A stretch of DNA of 64,000 nt from the NCBI GenBank assembly GCA_030141605.1, contig JAQGDQ010000322.1:62001-126000 (forward strand). The letters run 5' to 3'. Positions within the stretch are counted from its first letter, which is position 1; each line of letters begins with the position of its first letter. Under the pieces are notes generated by a model. It was given only the letters and a program-made list of their open reading frames with translations, was not told where the DNA came from and ran no database searches. Positions 53,801 to 64,000 of the stretch are shown one piece after another. Source of the DNA: Tubiluchus corallicola (lineage: Eukaryota > Animalia > Priapulida). The translations under genes and the position numbers were made by a program.

Positions 53801-56800
53801 ATAAAAGTTGAAAATTTAAACTCCCGCGGTGACTGCTTTAACGGTAAGTTGTTTGAATAAAGTTTAGATAACATTGAAAAGTTGGAAAAAATAAACAGAG
53901 CATTCAAAGCACACACTTTGCATATTGTCAGTAAGATCAGTAACATGTTTTTTAGTGAATCAGTGGTGCACACTGGGATAGTGAAATGGTCACATTTCAC
54001 CAGGTGGCATAAATATTTTAACTTATTAATAATTTTCTTTTCCAATTACCTGAATATTTCAAACAGGTAAGTAATGCTAAGTAATATAACTTTATTTGGA
54101 AAAGTTCTTTTGGATATATTTTAAAATTTGCATTTCTTTTCCTTTAAATTTTGGCACCAAACTTCAAAAGCAGGATAAAGGTATTAAGATTATAAATTCT
54201 GACGTCAAAGAAAAACTTAAAAATGAACAAGATTATCTTTACCTGTATGTGAGCCATGTAAGCTTGGACGACGTCCAGTCCATAACTGTCTATCAACTCT
54301 CCAATTAACCTGATACCCTAAAACAAACGTAATGCGTTATAAGTAGAGACTGAAGCTGAGTCAGTTACTACTACATCAGTTGACTCACACAGTAAATCAG
54401 CTAGCTCGGCTGAAGCTGAGTCAGTTGTTACTACATCAGCTAACACACAGTAAATCAGCTAGCTCGGCTGAAGTTGACCAACTTTTCAGCTGAATTGGCT
54501 TAAAGAAAAAATCAGCTAATTCAGCTGAAGCTACGATTTTTTCTTAACTAAATAAATGATAAGTTGTTAGTTAACTGATAATTATGGAGATAATTTTTTT
54601 TAAATAATTCACGTGGCTTATACACAGAGAAAAGCCGACGTATAAAATCAAAAAGATGCATTGGAGATCAATTTTTAATCATTATAAAAAAGTAATGGAT
54701 AGTTTAAATCCAACTCTTGGCAAGGCTTATCTTGATTACCGACCAGTCAAAATCAAAACATCAAAATGATCCCATATGTGTGACTAATGTTGCCTATTTG
54801 TATATTTAATTTTGAATTGGCCAGCTTTCTCATTCAAAAATTTCTAAAGTTTAGGATCTCTGCCAGAACATGCACAATCTGACCACAAATCCGCAATACG
54901 TTTGCCATATTTCAACCAGTGATTTACAGTGTCATGTGATTATAGCAAGCGCGAAAATCTTTCCAGTCTGTAAAAATGTCAGCTGCCTCGATTCCCATCA
55001 CAGAGCAACTGGCGCGACTAAAGCTGGGTTATCGGCTAGGTCGACTCCCCTCACCGACCAGCTGGCGCGACTAAAGCTGGGTTATCGGCTAGGTCGACTC
55101 CCCTCACCGAGCGGCTGGCGCGACTAAAGCTGGGTTATCGGCTAGGTCGACTCCCCTCACCGAGCGGCTGGCGCGACTAAAGCTGGGTTATCGGCTAGGT
55201 CGACTCCCATTACTGAGCGGCTGGCGCGACTAAAGCTGGGTTATCGGCTAGGTCGACTCCCATCCCTGAGCGGCTGGTGCGATGGCTCGATTAAAGCTGG
55301 GTTATCGGCTAGGTCGACTCCCATCCCTGAGCGGCTGGTGCGATTAAAACTTGGTTTCTCATTGGCTAAGACGGCTGTAGAAATAAACCGGCTGGAGCTC
55401 AGGTGAAACAGCGCAGCTCTGGACTCTAGTTATTACTCATTAAACAAACAGCATTTATAACCAGTTTTCAATGGTGATATACGACGATGCAAATTTCAAA
55501 TCCATAAATACCTTTTGGTTAGCTGCAACTTGGGCTTTGAGGTCCGAAAGATTGTCTGGAAGATTCCGAGATCCACTACTGCCGGGGATTTTTCCCGGTT
55601 CATTAAATGCATCGATCAAAGCTGCAAAGAAAAATTTCCATCAATTTTGCTAAAAAAGTAAAAAACACAATTCAGCAACTAGAGTCATTCTTTTAAAAAC
55701 AGTTTGCCTCTCTTATGACAAATATATTAGTTACTCTTACGCTCAAGAAGGATTCAATATCTAAGTGTTTCAAATTCAAATACAGCATACTTAACGAAGT
55801 TTCAGTTTTACAAAAAAAAACAGAAAGAAAATTCTCTAACTAGGATGTTCTGAAAGTTTTTTGTGGTTTAAATAAGAGGAAGCTGGATGAGTAGGTATCA
55901 TTTCCGAAGAGTCTGGAACTTGAATACCCAGTATACTCGTTAGATGATTCCGTCCTTAGTTACCGCAGCGTTTGGTTGTCATACGTCAAATTTCGCACAC
56001 TGTAGTGCAGGGGTGTGCAAATTATCTGACTAGCCGGGCCACATTAAACTTTCCCGCAATTCCTGTGGGCCACATGCAGTTTGGTCAAGGAGCCAAGTAC
56101 AGTAGGACCTGATGACGATTTTTTTGCATCCGATTTTCGCACATCATTACTGCTGCACTACTACACTCAAGAAACTATTTTAGAAGTTACTAAAATTTAT
56201 ATTATAACTTATATTAAACCATATATTTCGTCATGTCCGACAGTGACATTAAGTGACAACGGTCTTGTAAGGGTTAATGCCATCCGATCTAGAGGAAAAA
56301 CTACCCGCACTATCTTTGCGATACTGGCGCGGACTTCAGCTGGATCGCGTGGGCCGCACTTTCATTACGTTGACAAACCTCTTCGCGGGCCGCACAAGAT
56401 CTCTAGGCGGGCAGCAGTTTGCACACCCCTGCTGTAGTATAAGGTTTCAGTTCTCACTGCATTCAGCGTTTTAGTTCAATAATTTTAAGTTTATTGAAAA
56501 CTGGGAGTTAAAAAAGCTTCTTCCGGTCTTTAAATGGCTAAAACGGCTAACATACAGCACAACATCATGTTCTGCTGTGTAGCATTTGTTTACAAATTCA
56601 GCGTCGCAGAAACGACACGGTATCCAAGGAAGCCATCACTAGCACACGGTATCCAAGGAAGCCATCGCTAGCACACGGTATCCAAGGAAGTCATCGCTAG
56701 CACACGGTATCCAAGGAAGCCATCGCTAGCACACGGTATCCAAGGTAGCCATCGCTAGCACACGGTATCCAAGGAAGCCATCGCTAGCACAAGGTATCCA

Positions 56801-59620
56801 AGGAATCCATCGCTAGCACACGGTATCCAAGGAAGTCATCGCTAGCACACAGTATCCAAGGAAGCCATCGCTAGCACACGGTATCCAAGGAATCCATCAC
56901 TAGCACACCGTATCCAAGGAAGTCATCGCTAGCACACAGTATCCAAGGAAGCCATCGCTAGCACACGGTATCCAAGGAAGCCATCGCTAGCACACCGTAT
57001 CCAAGGAAGCCATCGCTAGCACACGGTATCCAAGGAAGTCATCGCTAGCACACCGTATCCAAGGAAGTCATCGCTAGCACACAGTATCCAAGGAAGCCAT
57101 CGCTAGCACACGGTATCCAAGGAAGTCATCGCTAGCACACAGTATCCAAGGAAGCCATCGCTAGCACACGGTATCCAAGGAATCCATCGCTAGCACACCG
57201 TATCCAAGGAAGTCATCGCTAGCACACAGTATCCAAGGAAGCCATCGCTAGCACACGGTATCCAAGGAAGCCATCGCTAGCACACGGTATCCAACGAAGT
57301 TATCGCTAGCACACGGTATCCAAGGAAGCCATCGCTAGCACACAGTATCCAAGGAAGCCATCGCTAGCCCACGGTATCCAAGGAAGCCATCGCTAGCACA
57401 CGGTATCTAAGGAAGCCATCGCTAGCACAATTGTTTAGCCTGCGTTTTCTGAACTATCAGCAACAAAACCGAACAAAATGTTTTTGAGTTGAAAAATGCA
57501 GCTTCGACACCAGATTTCGTTAGAATAGGTAAGAAGCCACAAAATTTAATAAAATTAGCGTCAAATTTTAAGTTACGGTTTGCTCTTTTAAGTAAAGAAA
57601 TCTTATTTTTACATTAAATTTGACTTTAAGTAGTAATATTCCATTTCAAAATCAACGAAAGTATACAAAATAACTAAAATGAATTATTTAATAAATGAAT
57701 GAATCACAATTATTAGATTGTTTAAACTTAAATTCACCGAAAAGAAAATGAGAAGTGGATTCGAACTAAAGACCTACGCGTCCATCACCAGAATCAGTTA
57801 GACCACACAGGCTCATCACAGAAACACAATTTCTGAACTTAGTTTCAAGATTACAATTAACAATTCACCTTCCTCCTGGAAAATTCCATTATCAACAATT
57901 TTGAAAGATTTAAACACGGCGCCTTCCTCAGAGAGGTACTTAGAATGAGGAGGCATGGAACCGGGCGTGATACCGCCTATGTCAGCGTGATGACCCCGGC
58001 TAGCAACGTAGAACACCGGTTTTACTTCATCTCTATAAAACACCTGAAAAAAGTTAATAGAAGCATGATGACACTTTGAAAATGATGACATTACTTTGTA
58101 CCAAATAAAAATGTTGCTACTGAGTGTATAGAGCTCGTGTTCTAGTGCAAAAATTTGTATTGCCAGTGACAATTAATAACACCAACAGGAAACAAAAACT
58201 TACAGGAGTCATCCCAGTGACAATCAATAACATAAATTGAAAGTAAAAACTTACAGGAGTTATCCCAGCAACAATTAATAACACGAATAGGAAGCAAAAA
58301 CTTACAGGAGTTATCCCAGTGACAATTAATAACATAAATTAAAAGTAAAAACTTACAGGAGTTATCCCAGCAACAATTGATAACACGAATAGGAAACAAA
58401 AACTTACAGGAGTCATCCCAGTGACAATCAATAACATAAATTGAAAGTAAAAACTTACAGGAGGTATCCCAGCAACAATTAATAACACGAATAGGAAACA
58501 AAAATTTACAGGAGTCATCCCAGTGACAATCAATAACATAAATTGAAAGTAAAAACTTATAGGAGGTATCCCAGCAACAATTAATAACACAAGTAGGAAT
58601 CAAAAACTTACAGGAGTTATCCCAGTGACAATTAGTAAAAAAATGCAAAATGAAACTTACAGGACTCATCCTAGTGACAATTCATAACACGAATAGGAAA
58701 CAAAAACTTACAGAAGTCATCCCAGTGACAATTAGTAACACAAATAGCAAACAAAAACCCAATTGACAATCAATAACGCAAGCAGAAAACAGAACTTCAG
58801 GAGTTATCCCAGTGGCAATCAATAACACAGAAAACAAAAATTACAGGAGTTATCACAGTCAAATCAGGTAGGTGGCTCCCTCCAGCGCAGGGATGATTGC
58901 TTAATATAACATCGCCTTTCCGCAAATTTTCACCTAGGAATTTCATCTGCAACAAAATGCATAATTGTATATATATATATATATACATCTACATCTATGT
59001 CATTGAACAATAGCAGTAAGTTTTAAAAATGGAATGGCTAAAGACTCATCTTCTTGTTAACCTACCAGCGTAACTCAGATTTCATTTTACGATAATTCTG
59101 CTGATACCAACAAAATTACAGAGGCTTTCATCATATCTAAAATATGCAACTTGAACAAAACAAATATGAAACAAGGCAACAGTAGTTTAGTAATTCTACC
59201 GACGCACTTACACGAACATAGGCCAGTATGTGATGAAATATTTACAACCTTACTTTCAAGGTCACCAAGGGGAAGGATGGAAAGACCCACAATGATTGCG
59301 AAAACTTGACAGCAACGGGAAAGGAATGTGGAAAAACCTCAAACTCACACGGATTCGAACCAAGGATGTTTTGATTCATTTCACCATTATTTAAGGACCG
59401 ATATTTCATCAGTGGAAGTGGTATTTTCAATGCTCTTATTTCCTGCATATATTATTGAACAGGTGACTATACCTGGTACTGTACGGTCTCCTGCATGGCT
59501 CCCAGGTGAACGGGTATGTGTGGCGCATTAGCAACTAAACCACCGTCCGGTCCAAACATGGCGCACGAAAAATCCAGCCTCTCCTTAATGTTCGTAGATA
59601 TGGACGTTCTCTGAAGAATC
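43150..59620 (-). CDS. OPLAH: 5-oxoprolinase (ATP-hydrolysing), C-terminal hydantoinase-B half; 5' exons lie beyond the window
   Basis: Exons 59620-59473 ([28 protein letters not shown]), 58946-58845 ([12 protein letters not shown]), 58043-57869 (RGHHADIGG), 55621-55512, 54317-54243, 53610-53464, 52999-52865, 50835-50686, 50134-50060 (or 50002-49928), 47506-47424 ([13 protein letters not shown]), 45682-45522, 43499-43402 and 43305-43150 ([22 protein letters not shown]). All introns are GT-AG with consistent phases. Confidence 0.95.
43570..43940 (-). mobile_element. Solo LTR (371 bp) with 5-bp target duplication
   Basis: Termini TGTTGTG...CACAACA with TAAAA on both flanks. The minus strand shows HSE repeats, then TATATAA (43817-43811), then AATAAA (43643-43638), the expected U3-R order. 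Confidence 0.85.
43826..43862. promoter_or_regulatory. Heat-shock element array (inverted nGAAn pentamers) in the solo LTR
   Basis: aGAAgcTTCtaGAAg and cTTCtaGAAcaTTCt, 10-45 bp upstream of the minus-strand TATA box. Confidence 0.7.
44057..44489 (-). mobile_element. TA-flanked Tc1/mariner-type MITE
   Basis: TA|CACTCATATCTCGCTTTGCTGGAC ... GTCCGGCAAACCGAGATATGACTG|TA. Confidence 0.85.
45776..47012 (+). mobile_element. Same MITE family, carrying an internal 73-bp tandem array (~13 units, ~45968-46912)
   Basis: TA|CACTCGTATCTCGGTTTGTCGGAC ... GTCTGGCAACTGAGATATGAGTG|TA; internal unit tcaggagcggcccgtactagacgtttttgagacaattaggtgattgattctacattatcgtgagtctaatat. Confidence 0.88.
47860..48170 (-). 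mobile_element. tRNA-derived SINE with expanded (ATT)n tail
   Basis: Reverse complement of the 12637 copy; intact B box gagttcgaacc. Confidence 0.88.
49928..50002 (-). CDS. OPLAH: Alternative (duplicated) OPLAH exon B, putative mutually exclusive partner of 50060-50134
   Basis: 75 nt, ttttcag| acceptor, |gtaagt donor, open frame [25 protein letters not shown], 19/25 identical to exon A. Confidence 0.8.
50996..52395. repeat. 31-bp minisatellite (~45 units)
   Basis: Unit tgtttgtttgtttatcgctatgcacattatg; explains the 210-490 aa pseudo-ORFs. Confidence 0.96.
55009..55345. repeat. 53-bp CpG-rich tandem repeat (~6 units)
   Basis: ctggcgcgactaaagctgggttatcggctaggtcgactcccctcaccgagcgg. Confidence 0.93.
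56008..56431. mobile_element. hAT-family MITE
   Basis: TIR CAGGGGTGTGCAAA / TTTGCACACCCCTG; 8-bp TSD ctgtagtg / ctgtagta; subterminal gcgggcc(g/a)ca motifs. Confidence 0.9.
56615..57429. repeat. 29-bp minisatellite (~28 units)
   Basis: Unit cacacggtatccaaggaagccatcgctag. Confidence 0.96.
58160..58855. repeat. ~51-bp diverged tandem array (~13 units) made of an OPLAH splice donor
   Basis: Minus-strand unit gggataactcct|gtaagtttttgtttcctattcgtgttattaattgttgct; the first copy is the real exon end GTGATAACTCCT|GTAATT (58845). Confidence 0.9.
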
Positions 59621-59664
59621 CTAAAATTTAACAAACAATCTACAATAAATTCTATTAAAAGATC

Positions 59665-60465
59665 GCAACGTTTGTCTAATGCACTTGTGTCCTGAAGCGC
59701 CGTAGTTATGAAATAAAAGAAATTGTTGTAAGTACGGCTACAGTAGCTGCAACGTTTGTCTAATGCACTAGTGTCCTGAAGCACCGTAATTATGAAATAA
59801 AAGAAATTGTTGTAAGTACGGCTACAGTAGCTGCAACGTTTGTCTAATGCACTTGTGTCCTGAAGCGCTGTAGTTATGCAATAAAAGAAACTGTTGTAAG
59901 TACGGCTACAGTAGCTGCAACGTTTGTCTAATGCACTTGTGTCCTGAAGTGCCGTAGTTATGAAATAAAAGAAATTGTTGTAAGTACGGCTACAGTAGCT
60001 GCAACGTTTGTCTAATGCACGGCTACAGTAGCTGCAACGTTTGTCTAATGCACTTGTGTCCTGAAGCGCCGTAATTATGAAATAAAAGAAATTGTTGTAA
60101 GTACGGCTACAGTAGCTGCAACGTTTGTCTAATGCACTTGTGTCCTGAAGTGCCGTAATTATGAAATAAAAGAAATTGTTGTAAGAACGGCTACAGTAGC
60201 TGCAACGTTTGTCTAATGCACTTGTGTCCTGAAGTGCCGTAATTATGAAATAAACGAAATTGTTGTAAGTATGGCTACAGTAGCTGCAACGTTTGCTTAA
60301 TGCGCTTGTGTCTTGAAGCGCCGTAATTATGAAATAAAAGAAATTGTTGTAAGAACGGCTACAGTAGCTGCAACGTTTGTCTAATGCGCTTGTGTCTTGA
60401 AGCGCCGTAATTATGAAATAAAAGAAATTGTTGTAAGAACGGCTACAGTAGCTGCAACGTTTGTC
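59665..60465. repeat. 84-bp tandem repeat (~9.5 units) ending ~45 nt before an OPLAH acceptor
   Basis: gcaacgtttgtctaatgcacttgtgtcctgaagcgccgtagttatgaaataaaagaaattgttgtaagtacggctacagtagct. Confidence 0.95.
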
Positions 60466-62667
60466 AGTTATGCATAGACTTCAACAAATGATAATATGTT
60501 CAAAATATCTAAGTAGCATGTAAGTTCAAAATATGTATCAGTTTGATTCAAATATATATATATATAAAGGGTTAAAAAATGTACAGTAGCGCACATTAAA
60601 ATAAGCACATCATTGATCAAGTTTACATCATTGATTGTTTAAAACATAATGTGATTATGATTACATGTTCAAAAATTCTACACAAGTGGTTTTTTTTGAG
60701 ATGCAATTAAAATGTAACATTGGTCTCTTTGTCCAGATTATTACGCACACTCAACGTTCATGATAACATTTATATGCACAATATTCATTTTAACATTAAT
60801 TCAAACATCCAGGAGAAGTCAGATTGTCACACTTAAACGGAATAGTCGACCCGATTGCAGCTGGCGCTTGGACAACTCCAAGCAAACCAATATTAGGTAG
60901 AATTACTCATATACTGTCACACTATATCTACATTACACAACCAAGCTACTAAGTTGAAACGCCTATATTATAACAGCAGGGTAAACGCTAGGCTTGTTTA
61001 CTCTGCCAGTTTTATCTACAAAATATGGATCAATATCAATATGTAGTAAATTCGCATAGGTTGACTGCTGGCATGTTGAAAAGTGTAAATTAAAAGTTGA
61101 CAGCGCATTAAATCATTGTGATAGTACAGTCACAAGACTGCTAGATATCGGCTTGTTTAAGTTCACGAAACGGTATTGCAACTATAATAACCATAACAAA
61201 TTTATAGTATGAAATGGCTTATATGTTGGACCCACTTAATATAATGTCTACCATGTAAATGTGGTTGAAATAGCAAATCACCAAAGTAACAAAACTCTCA
61301 GAGCTGTGAGCTGCTAATACAGACCTATATGCGTAACATCGAATCAACGACATTGTAAATACCAACCAGTTCACTTTCCCTAAAACCTAGCGCTAGACTA
61401 CAGCTTAACATAACAGACTATAAATTTCAGGCTTATCATGATTAAATGCTGATCTAGCTGTATTAACGTATAATGAACAATAAATTGCGAACTATGGAAA
61501 TCCCAATATTGTCCTTTGCCGAGTTTAACGTTTTAACTGGAGGAGGCAAACATAAATGGTGTTTAAACAGCAACGGTGTTTAAAAATAAATTTGTTACCT
61601 GGTAAGACAGAAGAATTGTTAATTAGAGCACGGAATGAAAGTAATAAGCCTGAATAAGTTAAAAATTGGTCATAATGAAATACTATTTGTTGAAGGCAAA
61701 ACATTAGACCTTATTATTCATCAGAAATTTACTTTCTCAAAACGCGTTGTTAATGTACATAAAAAGTTTGATCTGATGGCTGAAATTAAAATAAATTTTT
61801 TTTAGTAAATGCAGAGATATGATGGTTACTGCGACTGCAAATTTTTTTTTATAAAACGGCCATTTTGCGAATTACACTGTATGGTGTTATTGCATGGTTA
61901 CGTAAAACAACTTTCCTTGTTTGACAATATACTTTATGATGCAATGGTAAACGAAAAAAGCACTCTTTTGTACATATGTTATTTATTTTCTGAATAAAGA
62001 TTTATTATCACAAAAAAAATAAAATCAGTGCTTATTCAGATATATTTGACTCAACATGCAGGCCATACCATGACTACAGTTATTGTAACAAAGTAAAAGT
62101 ATGTAATTTTTGTTTCAACACGAACATTATCAGCAGAGTTTTTTCATTATTATTTTACTGTACAATTAAAGTATAAATTACCAGATAAGTAGTTTATAAT
62201 CTGAATCCACGTAGTAGTGCATAAAATAATTTTTTATTTCAGCATCCATGCAACTTATTATAAAAATACTGTACGTGTATATATTATTCTACAAAATCGT
62301 CTGGTATAGTGAAAAAGGCATTGGTAATGATGACGAAAATAAAAACTGTAATACTAAAACAGTAATAACAATATGTTAACTGACATACTAGAAAACGGTG
62401 TATTCTGGAATAAACTCAAGCTAATGGTTATTCTCGCCTTTCTAATATTACGCAAGAGTTGTGCTATATAATTATATAAAATTAAATAATATTTGTTCTC
62501 ATAATTATGTACTAGGCAATGGATACACAACCCATTTTGTTTTTTAAATTCACACTCTCCACAACTTACAATCTACGCAAAATTCTACCTGCGGCAAATT
62601 AAATCATTCATGAATCCTACACAAATTACTATACATGGTTAATGAATTTTGAGAATTTTACTCCTTG

Positions 62668-63846
62668 TCATTTTAGCTCTTTGTGGATTAGTTGTTTAGG
62701 ACGAAGTCGTTTAGGATAGTGTCGAGTTTGGGTTGCTATACCAAGCTTTTTAACAAGTTTAGAGGGCATTTGAAATTTGAAAGCTTCCAAATAAAACCTA
62801 TTTAAAAGAATAGTAGGCAAATGTAAGTCTACAACTAGTTGCTGTAGTTTAGAGGCAGATGTATCATCAAAGCTAATTTTCTTTGCCAGTTCTCTAACAC
62901 ACAGTTGCTGCAAGTCACTAGTAGCATAACCATACAGTTTTCCAACTAGATTTTGGATATCCGCACAGATTCTAAACTCTGGAAAGTACTTTAATTGTTC
63001 CTTAAGTTCATTTTCAATGCTTGTATCGCCAAAGAAACCATTGTCTACTAGTGAAGATAAGTGATTATATTTCTCCTTGTATTTCTGATTTTGCCTCTTT
63101 GCCCGACGTCCTTGCCCGATGAGGAAGAACATGAGAGGAGAAAATTCAATCCCTAACCCCATCCTTCTGCTTTGATAAGTTGCTCTCATTCCTGTCTTTG
63201 CACCATAGTGGATCAATACTCTTGCTGTTGTAAAATCTCCGTGACACATGCTTAAATGCAGAGGACAACAATAGCTTACAACAGGAGGTGAACACCGTAA
63301 AGGTAAAATTACCTGGTGTTTTACATTGACGTCTGCACCCGCTTCACATAGTAACCGCAACAGCGTTGTCTCACATGGAGTTTTATCTACAAGAGCGTGA
63401 ATAACAGTGTTACCTCTACAAGTTGCATTGACATCGGCCCCATAGCTGATGAAGAGCCGAATGAGCGTTTCTGTTTGTTCTTTATATATTTCTGCTTGGT
63501 GAATTTGTTGCCAGTCTAATCCAATAATGGGAATTGAATAATCAACATGATACATCTTCCAACTTAGATATAAGAAAAGCAGCCTCTGGAATGGAGTATC
63601 AGGGAGTCTGTCAAGTTGCAGGTTTGAGTTTGCTCCATGTTCAACTAAACTCTTTGCCAAAGGAAGATGAATTATCTCTTCATGACCACCTCCAAGAACC
63701 ATGTGAAGTGGGGAGTAGTGGTCTGGTCCTTCGTTCAAGTATTCCTCATTTCTGTGAGCGCTAATTTCCTTCATTGCTTTATTATAATCACCATCTGCAA
63801 TGGCTTTTGTAAGCTCTGTTTCACAGCAAGTTCTGTGTTCTAGCAT
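62668..63846 (-). CDS. Intronless ankyrin-repeat protein with a C-terminal SOCS-box-like motif (ASB-like), 392 aa, nested in an OPLAH intron
   Basis: Ankyrin motifs SPLHMVL..LVEHGANSN, FISYGADVN, LCEAGADVN, PLHL..LIHYGA; BC-box-like SDLQQLCVREL and cullin-box-like LHLPTILL. An in-frame TAA lies immediately before the ATG. Confidence 0.85.
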   Translation of the reverse strand: MLEHRTCCETELTKAIADGDYNKAMKEISAHRNEEYLNEGPDHYSPLHMVLGGGHEEIIHLPLAKSLVEHGANSNLQLDRLPDTPFQRLLFLYLSWKMYHVDYSIPIIGLDWQQIHQAEIYKEQTETLIRLFISYGADVNATCRGNTVIHALVDKTPCETTLLRLLCEAGADVNVKHQVILPLRCSPPVVSYCCPLHLSMCHGDFTTARVLIHYGAKTGMRATYQSRRMGLGIEFSPLMFFLIGQGRRAKRQNQKYKEKYNHLSSLVDNGFFGDTSIENELKEQLKYFPEFRICADIQNLVGKLYGYATSDLQQLCVRELAKKISFDDTSASKLQQLVVDLHLPTILLNRFYLEAFKFQMPSKLVKKLGIATQTRHYPKRLRPKQLIHKELK

Positions 63847-64000
63847 TTAGACACGATTATACATGATGACACTGTCTTGCTAAGAGTAATATTATTTACT
63901 TATTCAACTATATGTTAGGAAATGTGTTCTGCTTGGTAACAGATCAAACTCTTGAAGACGTGTATTCACCCTAAGCTATCTGTGATAACATGTTGACGAA

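Noticed and set aside
56615-57429. CRISPR-like appearance of the 29-32-bp repeats (also 35330-36925 and 50996-52395)
   Set aside because: Head-to-tail units without unique spacers, no cas genes, eukaryotic intronic context.

Overview
AT-rich eukaryotic genomic DNA from an invertebrate animal, not a prokaryote, so most ORF-track entries are artefacts of tandem repeats. By reading splice sites and phases I reconstructed four spliced genes: TMEM106-like (minus, runs off the left edge), LanC-like LANCL (plus, complete, 10 coding exons, ~402 aa), a GMC-family FAD oxidoreductase (minus, complete, 11 exons, ~596 aa), and the 3' half of 5-oxoprolinase OPLAH (minus, enters from the right edge). An intronless ankyrin/SOCS-box-like gene lies inside an OPLAH intron. 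Introns carry SINEs, RTE-like LINE remnants, Harbinger, hAT and Tc1/pogo MITEs, Helitron-like elements, a solo LTR and many minisatellites. Most notable: (1) in all four spliced genes, tandem arrays are built from the exon-intron junction itself and create runs of decoy splice sites; (2) OPLAH has a pair of diverged 75-nt tandem exons that look mutually exclusive; (3) a solo LTR with heat-shock elements beside its TATA box sits in sense orientation inside OPLAH.
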